Notes under the pieces: generated by a model
Databases searched by the model: none
The model's input: only the letters and a program-made list of their open reading frames with translations
What the model was told of the DNA's origin: nothing
In this document: one piece after another, positions 30,626 to 41,178 of the stretch
Layout of the letters: every line of letters starts with the position of its first letter
Numbering within the stretch: the stretch's first letter is position 1
Assembly: GCA_963724765.1 (NCBI GenBank)
Contig: CAVRVY010000003.1
Coordinates: 672,001-736,000 of the forward strand
Reading direction: 5' to 3'
Length of the DNA: 64,000 nucleotides
Source: an uncultured delta proteobacterium
GTDB lineage: Bacteria > Desulfobacterota > Binatia > Binatales > Binataceae
Made by a program: the position numbers and the translations under genes

Positions 30626-31006
30626 TCAGTTTCCCGCCTCATCCGCGATTCGTATGAGCACCGCGCAAGCCTCGCCCTCGGGCATCGAGTTAGGATCTTG
30701 CGTCGCCCTTAGTTGCAAGCCCAAGTCCTCGCCGTCAACGCGAAACTCGAAGGTAAGCGGCCCGCGCTGATGAGCGCGTGAGGGATTGACGAGATCGGCC
30801 TCGATAAAGATTGGCGCAGCGGGATCGATTTCCTCTCCGACGGTGGTCGCTAGCAGCACATCGGAGCGGGAGCGGCGTATGGATGCGGCACCGGCATCGA
30901 CGTAGCCCAGCACCTCGGGCGAGATGATGAACGTCAGCCTTGTGCCCGCGGGAACGCCGATGAAGCCATGCCAGTCTACGGCGACCAGCTTGTCATCTCT
31001 GTTCAT
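30626..31006 (-). CDS. Hypothetical protein
   Basis: ATGA overlap with the upstream ORF; globular composition. Confidence 0.5.
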   Translation of the reverse strand: MNRDDKLVAVDWHGFIGVPAGTRLTFIISPEVLGYVDAGAASIRRSRSDVLLATTVGEEIDPAAPIFIEADLVNPSRAHQRGPLTFEFRVDGEDLGLQLRATQDPNSMPEGEACAVLIRIADEAGN

Positions 31007-31245
31007 CGCGTCGAGCCGTCGTCGCGCCAGTGGGCCTCGACGAAACCCTTGAGCCTTGCGAGCGTCGCCGGCTTGAGGGATTGCGTCCGCTCGATGACCT
31101 CCAGGGCGTCAAGCAACCACTCCTCTGAGACGCTCGCGCGCAGCGACTTCTTGTCGTAGCAGCTAGAGCACAAGCAGCGCGGCGCCGCGCGGAACGCCAT
31201 TGCCTTAGTGGCGAGCTTGCCGCATTCACACTTAGTAGCATCCAT
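31003..31245 (-). CDS. Small Cys-rich hypothetical protein
   Basis: GGAG RBS; CECGK...LCSSC. Confidence 0.5.
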   Translation of the reverse strand: MDATKCECGKLATKAMAFRAAPRCLCSSCYDKKSLRASVSEEWLLDALEVIERTQSLKPATLARLKGFVEAHWRDDGSTR

Positions 31246-31336
31246 AAAAACTCCCATCGTGTACCGAGCGCGCCGGGCGCGCGTTATCGTTTCGTTGCAG
31301 TCGGTTCCGTCGCGAGCATACCCGCCGCGCGCTCTA

Positions 31337-32418
31337 TTAAGTTCTGTATAATATAGTGACAAATGCTCTGGTCGGTGCTAATATGTGGCGCATGGGTAAT
31401 CCAGCGGGTGTGCGGCGGGATTTCGCTGCGTTGGAAGAGCGGCGGATGGAGGCGGCGCGATTACTGCGACAAGGGCTTAGCCAGTCCGAGGTCGCGCGAG
31501 AGTTGGGCGTACACCGCCAGTCGGTTAGCCGCTGGGCGCGGGAACTTGGAGCATCGGGAGTGCGCGGCCTGCGCAAGGCCGGACGCACCGGGCGTCCAGC
31601 GAAGCTCATCCCGGCCCAGTTGCGCGACCTCGAGCGCGCACTCAAGCGCGGACCCGAGGCGTTCGGATTTGCCAGCGGACTGTGGACCGCGAGTCGGGTG
31701 CGCGATCTCATCGAGTACCGGACCGGGGTGCGATACCACGAGGACCACGTCTGGCGCATCCTGCGCAAGCTTAACTGGACCTGCCAGCGTCCCACTGGAA
31801 AAGCGCTCGAGCGCGACGAGCAGGCAATCCGGCAGTGGAAGAAGTACCGCTGGCCGCAGATTAAAAAAAAGCGCTCTGCGAGCGGCGCACCATCGTGTTC
31901 ATCGACGAAAGCGGACTGAGCGAACGGCCGCATCGGGTGCGGACCTGGGCGCCGCGCGGGCAGACTCCGGTGCTGCAGTATCACTTCAACTGGAAGGTGC
32001 TGTCGGCCACAGCCGGCATCACCTGGTGGAACTTTTACTTCCGGCTCTATCCCACAACCATCCGCGCCCCTCAGGTGGTGGACTTCCTCGGCCACCTGTT
32101 GCGTCATCTGCCGGGGAAGCTGTTGGTGGTGTGGGACGGACTGCCGGCGCATCGGGCGCGCTTGGTAACCGAATTTATCCGCGCGCAGCGTGGCCGGCTG
32201 GCGCTCGAGTGGCTGCCGGGTTACGCGCCGGAACTCAACCCGGTGGAGTACATCTGGGGTTACTGGAAACACCACGAACTGCCCAACTTCTGTCCCCGCG
32301 ATTTCACCCAGCTCAGCCATCAGGCCCGCCGCGCGCTGCGCCGCATGCGTCGGCGCCCACGCTTGGTGAGATCCTTCTGGCATCAAGCAAAACTGTCACT
32401 ATAAAATGCAGGACTTAA
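31337..32418 (+). mobile_element. IS630-family insertion sequence, 1082 bp
   Basis: Imperfect 25-bp IRs TTAAGTTCTGTATAATATAGTGACA / TGTCACTATAAAATGCAGGACTTAA; TA duplication at 31335-31336 and 32419-32420. Confidence 0.92.
31392..32404 (+). CDS. IS630 transposase, two ORFs joined by a probable programmed -1 frameshift
   Basis: HTH ORF followed by FIDESG, VWDGL and YAPELNPVE; A8 slippery run at 31863-31870. Confidence 0.88.
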
Positions 32419-32450
32419 TAGGCCGCCGATGGGACCATCGTCATGCGAGA

Positions 32451-33008
32451 CTAGTTCGGGCACTTTTCAAGGACCTCGCGATGGATCCGCACGCGCTCCT
32501 CGTAAACCTGAAACTCCGCGCGCTTGCGCATCCAGCGCTTGCGCGCCCACGGATATCGGCGCTCCACAAGCGCCGCGCTTATCATTAGGTCACCGGCCAG
32601 CGCTCTGCGCACTTGCCGCCACGTCGTAAAAGCGGCCTCGATGGCGATATTGTCGATGGTGTCCGGTAAATCCCTGTGTGGATTGATCCAGTGGGATGGC
32701 GGCGCTAGGTCCGGGGCGCCGAGCGGCGCACCCAGCGCTTTGAGGCGGGTGAGGACCGCGAGGAAGCGGCTTCCATGGCCCCCACCAGTTCCGATGTGGC
32801 ACATCTCGTGTAGCAGCGTCGCTAATACCAACTCGGACGATAGGCCACGCCGGAGGTAAATCGCGCGCGGGGTGCATAGCCCGCTTTGCGGGGCCACTTT
32901 CCAGTCTGCCCGCCGCACGCGCCGCTTTCTCAGATTGCCGCTGAAATACTTTTGGTTCAGTTCATCAAATAGACGATCGAGATTTACTATGGTGCCCATT
33001 GCGACCAC
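32451..33008 (-). CDS. SprT-like zinc metalloprotease
   Basis: LFDELNQKYFSG.L, TLLHEMCH, HG..F. Confidence 0.78.
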   Translation of the reverse strand: MVAMGTIVNLDRLFDELNQKYFSGNLRKRRVRRADWKVAPQSGLCTPRAIYLRRGLSSELVLATLLHEMCHIGTGGGHGSRFLAVLTRLKALGAPLGAPDLAPPSHWINPHRDLPDTIDNIAIEAAFTTWRQVRRALAGDLMISAALVERRYPWARKRWMRKRAEFQVYEERVRIHREVLEKCPN

Positions 33009-33015
33009 TACCTCA

Positions 33016-33387
33016 TCAGCACGCGGGCGCGTCGGTCGCGTCGCCGTGCGCGTTGAGTTGTTGGATCAGATCTCTCAACAGCAACAACGCCCGCGCCACG
33101 GTGATCGCGCCCAGCTCGACTATTAGCTTGTCCACCTCAGCCGGGGCCGTGACGCCGATTGCGATCCGGCGCGCCGCAACCTGTTCCTGCCCAGATACGG
33201 TTTCGCCCTCGTGGAATGGCTGTAGCGCCGCGCTCACGTCGGCGATTCCGCGATCGGCGAACAGATTCCGCGCCTCGTCGATATTCTCGTTGAATGAGCG
33301 GATCGCGTAGGGGAGCACCGCGCGCAGCAACCCTTCGGCGCTTGTGCACCAGCACGTCTCAGTCTCGGTGCGCGTGTCGATTTCCAT
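33016..33387 (-). CDS. Hypothetical protein
   Basis: GGAG RBS within a tandem 15-bp repeat; open frame of 123 aa. Confidence 0.5.
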   Translation of the reverse strand: MEIDTRTETETCWCTSAEGLLRAVLPYAIRSFNENIDEARNLFADRGIADVSAALQPFHEGETVSGQEQVAARRIAIGVTAPAEVDKLIVELGAITVARALLLLRDLIQQLNAHGDATDAPAC

Positions 33388-33691
33388 GCTTCACTCCCTC
33401 CGTCTCGATATTCCCTCCGTCTCGATTAGTCGCGACCGAACCTACCGCCCCTTTTTTCGACCGGGGGTCCCATCCCGCTCAGATCCGAGTTCGGGCAAAA
33501 TTCAGCGTGCGCGTAGACAATAAGCGTGCCGCTAATTAGAGCCCGTGTAACACCCTCCTCGACGACGCCCTCCATCGCGACACCCTCCGCCTCGGCAATG
33601 CCATCCACGATGCACAGGGCGGCTCAGGAACGACGCTGGCTCGCGTGGCCGGTTCGGTTAGCGTGCGAGCCGGCAAGCCACGCGCTGACGC

Positions 33692-34147
33692 CTACACCGA
33701 ATGCAACGGTACGCTGATCCTGTTTGCCATCGTCCAGTCTTCGAGAAATCGAGTGCACATCGCGACACGGCCCAACCCGGCGCCCAAATCCAGGCCACAC
33801 ATCTCGTGGTCCGCGCGCCCGATCACGTACCCAGCCTGCGCGAGTAGGATCAACTCCTCGATGCCGGCGGAGCGCATCCGGTCTACAGCGGCCATCGTGG
33901 CATCGTCGAGCTGGCCGTTTACCGGCGTGTGATATGCACATACCTGCATCAGCCTAACGGCGGTCATAGCGGGCAACGCGACGAAGCATTGCAGGACTAT
34001 GGCGTCGAGCGGCTCGGGCAATTCGCCGATACGGAATCGCGACCAATAGCCTTCGAGCGTCGCGTCATCGAGCGGCGCGTCGCCGTGGCCGCCGTCGCTG
34101 AGCGCGCGCACCAGCTTGAATGCCTCGGACTTGTTACTCGTTCGCAT
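33692..34147 (-). CDS. GH108/peptidoglycan-binding-like protein, degenerate
   Basis: YW....GELP..L...V.......A.R.MQ......V.G....TMAA pattern resembles GH108 lysozymes; the catalytic EGGY motif is missing. Confidence 0.4.
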   Translation of the reverse strand: MRTSNKSEAFKLVRALSDGGHGDAPLDDATLEGYWSRFRIGELPEPLDAIVLQCFVALPAMTAVRLMQVCAYHTPVNGQLDDATMAAVDRMRSAGIEELILLAQAGYVIGRADHEMCGLDLGAGLGRVAMCTRFLEDWTMANRISVPLHSV

Positions 34148-34223
34148 CGTCGTTACTCCCCTAGAGCCCGGTTAAAAGCGGGCGAAATTGCCCGATAATT
34201 CCATTGTTGCGATCACGTTTTTG

Positions 34224-34371
34224 TGGCACCGCGTTGGCACCGTCGCCTGTAAGCCGTTGAAATAATTAGCTTTTCCGTCGAGAGGCTGACTAATAGTCAG
34301 CGGGTAGATCCCTATCGACACGCCAGAAATCGACGCGGAATCGGCGCCACATCGGTGCCAAGCCGGTGCCA
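34224..34371. repeat. Putative integrase arm-type sites (right)
   Basis: TGGCACC at 34224 and 34235; CGG(C/T)GCCA at 34342, 34353 and 34364; 11-bp periodicity and the same motif as at the left end. Confidence 0.65.
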
Positions 34372-34488
34372 AAACCAGCCGAACGCAGCCGCACCACGAT
34401 CCCGCCATCGAGTTGATAGCCATCGGCTTCACGCGGATTTCTTTGACGGTGTTGCGGGATGGATCGGCGTGTTACGATCCGACGGGCT

Positions 34489-34505
34489 ATTTTTAATCAG
34501 CAGGT
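34489..34505 (+). repeat. Right att core
   Basis: ATTTTTAATCAGCAGGT, 16/17 identical to 14778-14794. Confidence 0.8.
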
Positions 34506-34572
34506 AAAATTCAAAAAGGTCAAATAAATCAAGCTGTTATGCGATTAAAGCGAAAAGAGCCTGACCTCGCTG

Positions 34573-34617
34573 TTCGTAATCAGCAGGTCGTCGGTTCGAA
34601 TCCGACGGGTGGCTCCA
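34573..34617 (+). pseudogene. tRNA-Thr(CGT) 3' half, an att remnant of a separate island
   Basis: TT-CGT-AA loop, TCAGC, T-arm GTCGG-TTCGAAT-CCGAC, GGGTGGC-T-CCA; no 5' half. Confidence 0.85.
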
Positions 34618-34676
34618 AAGAAATCAAGCAAAACCAACGCCTTTGCTGATGTCATCACGGCAGTTCGACTCGCTTA

Positions 34677-34811
34677 ATGGAAGCGCCACAAGCGGCCCTC
34701 AAGGGCCATGAAGTCTACCAGTTACTTGCGCTGGTAGACGCGCTGCGCGATGGGAGCGCGAGAGAGCGCGAACTCGCGAAACGTGAGCTTTCCGCGCGGT
34801 TCAAGAATTGA
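34677..34811 (+). pseudogene. C-terminal remnant of a conserved island protein
   Basis: YQLLALVDALRDGSARERELA resembles a recurrent C-terminal motif of putative type IV TA antitoxin-like proteins (recalled, unverified). Confidence 0.35.
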
Positions 34812-35240
34812 GCCTGTAATCGAATTGGATTTACATCTCGCGAGGTTTGTAGATTTTGCTATTTTCTCATTGTGATGCAGGATATTCAGCCTTTCTTAAA
34901 CCGGACCAGATTCCAAGCTCGAGATTGAATTCCTTCCAAGTGGCTGTCAGCACTTCTCCACGGCGCTCCCGTTAATAGTATCAACCGAATTGCATTCGCT
35001 GCAGCTTGACTTGGGTGCTGGTCGAGTGCGTCGCAAAGGCGATCAATTTCCGCCGTCGAGAGCCAGCGAGGGCACGTCCTCGGCCGAGCCCATGAGCAAG
35101 GTCGTCGAAGTCGGCAGCGCGGTCAAAAAATTTAAAGCCGGGTAAATGCCTGAGCCTGAGGCGTGAGAAATCTTCGCGCTCATGTTGTTCGATTGGAATC
35201 GTGACTCGGGCCTGCGTAAAATTGCATTTGGAGCTAATTC

Positions 35241-37925
35241 GTGGCGGCGAACAGCAGACTTTTCCGCTATCAAGCCAAGCGCGATTTCAGCAAAACCGCC
35301 GAGCCCAGCGGCGACAATCGTGTCGCGCCATCGGAGGTCCGCCGCTTCATAATCCAAAAACATGCCGCCACGCGGCTTCACTACGATTTCCGCCTCGAAC
35401 TTGACGGCGTATTAAAATCGTGGGCCGTCACCAAGGGTCCGTCGATCGATCCGCATGTTAAACGCCTCGCCGTCGAGGTCGAAGATCACCCGCTCGACTA
35501 CGGCGACTTCGAAGGGACTATTCCGAAGGGTCAATATGGCGGTGGCTCGGTCCAGCTATGGGATCGCGGCTACTGGATGCCGGAAGGTAGCGATCCTGCG
35601 GCCGCGATCAAAAATGGCGAGTTGAAGTTCGTGGTCGAAGGCGAACGGTTGCACGGCGGATGGGTTCTGGTGCGAATCAAAAACCGCCGCCCCGGCGACA
35701 AGAAGAATAACTGGTTGCTCATCAAGCATCGCGATGAATTCGCGCGCGACAACGACGGGGGCGCTCTGCTGGCCCAAGATCGCTCGGTCGCGTCGGGCCG
35801 CACGATGGCTGATATCGCCGAGGGCAAGGGCCGTGGCCCTAAGCCCTTCATCCTCGCCACCAAGCATCAGGCGCCGCCCGACGCGAACTGGAACTCGAAC
35901 AGCGGCAGCGCCGCGGATCTGCGGGCATTCGGTGCGACCAGCGCGAAGCCCGCGGCGCATGCTAAGGCGATATCGAGCAAACGCAAGCGTCGCGGCCCCG
36001 ACCCGATGCCCGAATTTGTCGCGCCCGAACTATGCAAGCTGATCGATCGGCCGCCCTCGGGAACGGGATGGGTTCACGAGGTCAAGTTCGACGGCTATCG
36101 CATTCAGGCGCGGGTCGAGGACGGCCAGCCAGTGCTGCGCACGCGCAAAGGCCTCGACTGGACGGCCAAGTTCGGCGCGATTGCGCGTGCGACGGCGAGC
36201 CTGCCCGACGGAATCTACGACGGTGAGGTGGTTGCGCTCGATAAGAAAGGGGCACCCGACTTTGGGGCTTTGCAGGCGGCGCTTGCGGCGGCCAAGACCG
36301 AAAACCTCGTCTATTTTGTTTTCGATTTGCTGTTCGCCGAAGGCGAGGATTTTCAAAAGGTTCCGCTGCGCGCGCGCAAAGCCGCCTTGAAGCGCATCAT
36401 CGAAAAGCTCGACGACGATTCGCTGATCCGCTACGTCGAACATTTCGATGCTTCCGGAGAATCAGTGCTTGACACCGCCAGCAAGATGTCGCTCGAAGGT
36501 ATCGTCTCGAAGCAACTCGACGATATCTATCGTCCAGGCCAGCGCGACTGGACCAAGACCAAGTGCCGCGCTAGCCAGGAAGTCGTGCTCGGCGGGTGGA
36601 CCAGCGAAGGCAGCCGCTTCCGCTCGCTGCTCGCGGGAGTCTATCGCGATAAACATCTTGTCTATATTGGACGCATCGGCACGGGCTTCGGGGAAGACGT
36701 CGTCAAGCGAATCCTCCCACGGCTTAAGGAACTGACGGTTGACCAGAATCCGTTCGAGGATCAAAGGGCGCCGCGCAAACAAATCGGCGTCCATTGGCTG
36801 AAGCCCGAGCTGGTCGCTCAAATCGAGTTCGCGGGATGGACCGGCGATGGCATGGTGCGGGCAGGCGCGTTCAAAGGACTGCGCGAAGACAAACCTGCGC
36901 TCGAAATAGTCGCCGAACTCCCGGCGACCGCGCAGCGGGCTGAAGTCGCTGAACCGGCGCCCACAAAAACCAGTTCCAACACGTTCGCATCGCCCAAGTT
37001 GAAGGCCGGTGGCACTGCGAGCGTGATGGGTATTCAGATTTCTAATCCCGACAAAGCGATGTGGCCCGATGCTGGTGACGGCAAACCTGTCACCAAGTTC
37101 GATCTGGCTCATTATTACGAAGCTGTCGGCGATTGGATGATCGAGCACATCAAGGGACGCCCATGCTCGATCGTGCGCGCGCCTGATGGGATCGGCGGCG
37201 AACATTTTTTTCAACGCCACGGCATGCAAGGAATGTCGAAGTTGCTCAAGCTCGTGAAGGTCTCGGGCGATCATCAACCTTACCTGCAAATCGACACCGT
37301 CGAGGGACTGATCGCTGTCGCCCAGGTTGCCGCGCTGGAGCTGCATCCGTGGAACTGCGAGCCTGATGCGCCTGAAGTACCGGGACGATTGATCTTCGAT
37401 TTCGATCCGGCGTCTGACGTAGATTTCAGCGCCGTCATCAAGGGTGCGCGCGAACTCCGGGACCGCCTCGAGACGCTCGGCTTGATTAGCTTCTGCAAAA
37501 CGACTGGCGGCAAGGGCTTGCACGTAGTGACTCCTCTCTCTCAGCCAAACAAGGAAAAGCTGGACTGGTCGGCAGCGAAAGCTTTCGCCCATGAAGTGGT
37601 GATACAGATGGCCGCCGACAGCCCGGCCCGTTATCTGACCACGATGGCCAAGAAAGATCGTAGCGGAAAAATCTTTCTCGACTATCTGCGCAACGATCGC
37701 ACGTCCACCGCGGTCGCGGTGCTGTCGCCACGTGCGCGAGCAGGCGCGACGGTCTCGATGCCGCTTGATTGGACGCAAGTCAGGGCGGGTCTGGATCCAC
37801 GGCGCTTTACAGTCCGCACCACCCCCGCGCTACTCTCAAAGAGTAAGGCATGGAAGAACTACGATGATTCCGAGCGCTCACTCGAGAACGCGATCGAGCG
37901 GCTGACAAAATCCACGGCCGTTTGA
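35241..37925 (+). CDS. ligD: DNA ligase D (phosphoesterase-ligase-polymerase)
   Basis: [55 protein letters not shown]. Confidence 0.95.
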   Translation: MAANSRLFRYQAKRDFSKTAEPSGDNRVAPSEVRRFIIQKHAATRLHYDFRLELDGVLKSWAVTKGPSIDPHVKRLAVEVEDHPLDYGDFEGTIPKGQYGGGSVQLWDRGYWMPEGSDPAAAIKNGELKFVVEGERLHGGWVLVRIKNRRPGDKKNNWLLIKHRDEFARDNDGGALLAQDRSVASGRTMADIAEGKGRGPKPFILATKHQAPPDANWNSNSGSAADLRAFGATSAKPAAHAKAISSKRKRRGPDPMPEFVAPELCKLIDRPPSGTGWVHEVKFDGYRIQARVEDGQPVLRTRKGLDWTAKFGAIARATASLPDGIYDGEVVALDKKGAPDFGALQAALAAAKTENLVYFVFDLLFAEGEDFQKVPLRARKAALKRIIEKLDDDSLIRYVEHFDASGESVLDTASKMSLEGIVSKQLDDIYRPGQRDWTKTKCRASQEVVLGGWTSEGSRFRSLLAGVYRDKHLVYIGRIGTGFGEDVVKRILPRLKELTVDQNPFEDQRAPRKQIGVHWLKPELVAQIEFAGWTGDGMVRAGAFKGLREDKPALEIVAELPATAQRAEVAEPAPTKTSSNTFASPKLKAGGTASVMGIQISNPDKAMWPDAGDGKPVTKFDLAHYYEAVGDWMIEHIKGRPCSIVRAPDGIGGEHFFQRHGMQGMSKLLKLVKVSGDHQPYLQIDTVEGLIAVAQVAALELHPWNCEPDAPEVPGRLIFDFDPASDVDFSAVIKGARELRDRLETLGLISFCKTTGGKGLHVVTPLSQPNKEKLDWSAAKAFAHEVVIQMAADSPARYLTTMAKKDRSGKIFLDYLRNDRTSTAVAVLSPRARAGATVSMPLDWTQVRAGLDPRRFTVRTTPALLSKSKAWKNYDDSERSLENAIERLTKSTAV

Positions 37926-38034
37926 ATCTGGCGCAGCCTGCGCGAGGCCGTTCTCCTCTGCAACTTCTAAAAGCCCCTTCCTTTCCGAGGCTTAGCGCGA
38001 AGATTTGATCGTAAGGGAAGGCTTGAACGTAGGA

Positions 38035-38259
38035 ATGGTCTGCACTGCCTTTCTGAATCTGAAAACCATGTACCAGCTCGCCCCGATCGATCATCTTATT
38101 TTCGGAAACACAATAGATCCTTTCTTGTATTCTACTGTTGTCCTTCGCATGAAGCAGATTGAAGTGTACAGCCTTCGACACTGTGGCTGGAAATAACTCG
38201 ACTGGAATCGACACCAGCCCAAAAGATATGCTGCTACGAGATATTGCTCGCGAGGGCAT
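38035..38259 (-). pseudogene. ku: Ku protein, N-terminal ~75 aa only
   Basis: RAI...ISFGLVSIPVELFPAT...VHFNLLH.KD.SRI...ELV.GF; similarity then ends. Confidence 0.8.
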
Positions 38260-38373
38260 TCTGACAGGCCTCCGCGTTTGATCCGGACAACGATGCTTTC
38301 AGGGAGTCTGGGCCGCGGACTGAGTGCTCATGCATCTCACCCCAGAGGCGCCGCGCTATCTCTGTCCGCAGAA

Positions 38374-40575
38374 TTAAGCGGGCTCGCGGCGAGTTACGTC
38401 ACGCGACAAATCAAAGGCGATTCGCCGTACCACGCGGGCTGGTTCGCCACCGGTCAACGCTGCGAACAACAAGAGCGAACGGCCGGTAACTTCGTAAGTG
38501 TCCCCTGTCTTTAGAGTTGAGGTTTCGCCCCGCTCCGGATCGTTCGTATCAATAAACGTCAGCCATTGGTTGCCGCCAACAAATTCAGGCAAAGTGAATT
38601 CTACTACATCGTGATACGCATTGACGACGACCAGCAGGGTAACGTCGGAAGCCCGCCGCTTGATACCGCTGGTTTGGGCTCTTCCGTCAATGAGCATACC
38701 GAAACAACGCATATTGCCGTCTTCCCAGCCGCCTTTCTGCATCTCACTTCCCGCTGCATTGATCCAGGTTACGTCCTTTACCTCCAGCTCCGGGTTATGC
38801 TCGGCGGTGAGGAAGCGGCCGCGCCGCAGAATGGGCAGAGAATGGCGCAGACGGATCAGACTTCGGGTGAACGCAATCAGCGAGCGTCCCTGCTTCCCTA
38901 TGCTCTCCCAATCCACCCAGCTGATTTCGTTGTCCTGACAATAAGCATTATTGTTGCCCTTTTGAGTTCGGCCGAACTCATCCCCGGCGAGAAGCATCGG
39001 CGTCCCTTGCGACAACAACAGCGTCGCGAGGAAGTTGCGCTTCTGTCGCTCGCGTAGCTTGTTAATCGCCGGATCGTCGGTGGGACCCTCGGCGCCGCAG
39101 TTCCATGCAAGGTTATTCGAGGTTCCGTCCTGATTGTTCTCGCCGTTGGCTTCGTTATGCTTGTCGTTGTAGGAAACCAGGTCATTTAGCGTAAACCCGT
39201 CGTGAGCAGTAACAAAATTAACGCTCGCCCACGGTCTGCGCCCCCTTTTGTTAAACAGATCGCCTGAGGCCGCAAGGCGCGAGGCCATCTCAGCCGCTTT
39301 TCCTTCGTCGCCCTTCCAAAAGCTTCTGACGGTGTCGCGATACCGATCGTTCCATTCGGCCCATCCCGGTGGGAAAGACCCCACCTGGTACCCTCCAGGT
39401 CCGCAATCCCATGGCTCCGCGATTAGTTTCACCTGACTCAGCACCGGATCCTGGCGACAGCTATCCAGGAATCCACCGCCCTCATCGAAGCCACTGACTT
39501 CGCGACCAAGAATGGTTCCCAGATCGAACCGAAAGCCATCGACGTGCATTTCGGTTATCCAGTAGCGCAAGCTATCGGTGGCCATTTGCAATATGCGCGG
39601 ATGGCTCATGTTGATGGTATTGCCAGTGCCAGTGTCGTTGATGTAGTAGCGCGGTTTATCTGGCAGCAAACGATAGTAAGAGGCATTGTCTATGCCCCTA
39701 AAGGAAAGAGTAGGTCCGCGTTCATTTCCTTCGGCGGTGTGGTTATAAACTACGTCGAGGATGACCTCCACACCCGCATCATGGAAATGAGCAACCATTT
39801 GCTTGAATTCCGTGATCGCTCCGGTCGCGAAATAACGCGGGTCCGCCGCAGAGAACCCGATCGTGTTGTATCCCCAGTAATTCGTTAGCCCTTTATCTAG
39901 CAACGAGCTGTCGTTGACAAAGGAGTGGATAGGCAACAATTCGACTGCGGTTACGCCAAGGCTTCTGATGTAATCGACGATATCTGGATGTGCCAGGCCT
40001 GCGAAGCTGCCGCGAAGGCTTTGCGGCACCCTTGAATTTTGCCTGGTAAAACCTCTGACGTGCAGCTCGTAAATAATTGTCCGATCCCAGGGTATTGAAG
40101 GCCGGCGGTCACGAGCCCAGGTGAAAGCGGGATCGACCACAACGCACTTCGGCATAAGGGGAGCGCTATCGCGATCGTCGAAAGTTAGATCGTGATCCGC
40201 CGCGCCCAACGTATAGCCAAACAGCTCAGGACCCCACTTGAGTTGTCCAGTGTGGGCCATCGCGTACGGATCCAACACTAGCTTGTTAGGGTTAAATCGA
40301 TGGCCCGCTTCGGGTTCATAGGGCCCATGGACGCGATAGGCATATACCGTCCCCGGTCCCGCGTCTGGCAGATAACCATGCCACACCTCATCGGTGTATT
40401 CGGGCAGCTCAACCCGCTGAAGTTCGTGGGTTCCGGTCGAATCGAAGAGACACAATTCAACTTTCGTGGCGCTCGCTGAAAACAGGCTGAAGTTAACCCC
40501 CAACCCGTCCCAAGCTGCGCCTCGTCGAGTCGAGTCGCCCTCCCAAATACGAATGGAGCGTGCGTCAATTGCCAT
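38374..40575 (-). CDS. glgX: Glycogen debranching enzyme
   Basis: NYWGYNT, DVVYNHTAEG, DGFRFDL, IAEPWD, FVTAHDGFTL, NNNAYCQDN. Confidence 0.95.
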   Translation of the reverse strand: MAIDARSIRIWEGDSTRRGAAWDGLGVNFSLFSASATKVELCLFDSTGTHELQRVELPEYTDEVWHGYLPDAGPGTVYAYRVHGPYEPEAGHRFNPNKLVLDPYAMAHTGQLKWGPELFGYTLGAADHDLTFDDRDSAPLMPKCVVVDPAFTWARDRRPSIPWDRTIIYELHVRGFTRQNSRVPQSLRGSFAGLAHPDIVDYIRSLGVTAVELLPIHSFVNDSSLLDKGLTNYWGYNTIGFSAADPRYFATGAITEFKQMVAHFHDAGVEVILDVVYNHTAEGNERGPTLSFRGIDNASYYRLLPDKPRYYINDTGTGNTINMSHPRILQMATDSLRYWITEMHVDGFRFDLGTILGREVSGFDEGGGFLDSCRQDPVLSQVKLIAEPWDCGPGGYQVGSFPPGWAEWNDRYRDTVRSFWKGDEGKAAEMASRLAASGDLFNKRGRRPWASVNFVTAHDGFTLNDLVSYNDKHNEANGENNQDGTSNNLAWNCGAEGPTDDPAINKLRERQKRNFLATLLLSQGTPMLLAGDEFGRTQKGNNNAYCQDNEISWVDWESIGKQGRSLIAFTRSLIRLRHSLPILRRGRFLTAEHNPELEVKDVTWINAAGSEMQKGGWEDGNMRCFGMLIDGRAQTSGIKRRASDVTLLVVVNAYHDVVEFTLPEFVGGNQWLTFIDTNDPERGETSTLKTGDTYEVTGRSLLLFAALTGGEPARVVRRIAFDLSRDVTRREPA

Positions 40576-41178
40576 CGTGGTAATTCTCCCTGCTCCGTTC
40601 GGAGAAACGGCAAGAAGCGCGCCTAGAAATATGGCAGGACGAATAGAGAAAATGCGCCTGTTAGCACATCGAACTGGCAAGCCGGTGCGGAGCGCTTTTG
40701 TGAAATTTCGACAAGGATGCGCTACAAACCGTCAGAGGCGAATTATTCAGTCAGGATCGCAACAATCGTACAGCGCCGCATGCACCATACCCCGCACCCC
40801 GCAGCCACAGCCGCCCTACATCTACAGCTTTCTTTCCACCCTCGCTTTTTGGCACTTTTGCCCATGGCGGCCTCCTCCTCTTGCCCAGCCCGATCTTTTA
40901 ATCGGCGAGGAGCGCCGCCCCACAAATCTCCAGCGCTCTTCAGAACATCGCCGGTGCGCCGCCAAATGCAGTTGTTGTTGAACCCACCTTGTGGAGCATC
41001 AATGCGCTTAATTTCAAGGCCGCGAGACTATCACGGCGTCCGGAGCAGATAGATCAAATCTGACGAGGACTACATCAACAATGCCGTCGGATCACAGCAA
41101 GGAGCCGTCTCATCGTTGGAATAGCCAACCTCTTGCTGTGCAGGTCTCCTGATCATGCTGTTCGGGTGGCACGTCAGT

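Larger units (their letters stand above)
14778..34505. mobile_element. ~19.7 kb integrative element, phage-satellite/PICI-like, partly decayed
   Basis: Flanking direct repeat ATTTTTAATCAG(T/C)AGGT; integrase at one end; xis-like HTHs, replication ATPase plus iterons, TA pair; no recognisable capsid, portal or TerL. Confidence 0.85.

Noticed and set aside
33395-33426. Tandem 15-bp repeat TCCCTCCGTCTCGAT
   Set aside because: Only two copies; most simply a local duplication over an RBS
14778-34505. Complete prophage or conjugative ICE
   Set aside because: No capsid, portal, TerL, holin, relaxase or T4SS genes recognisable
34530-34617. Intact tRNA-Thr gene
   Set aside because: No 5' acceptor strand or D-arm upstream; only the 3' half is present
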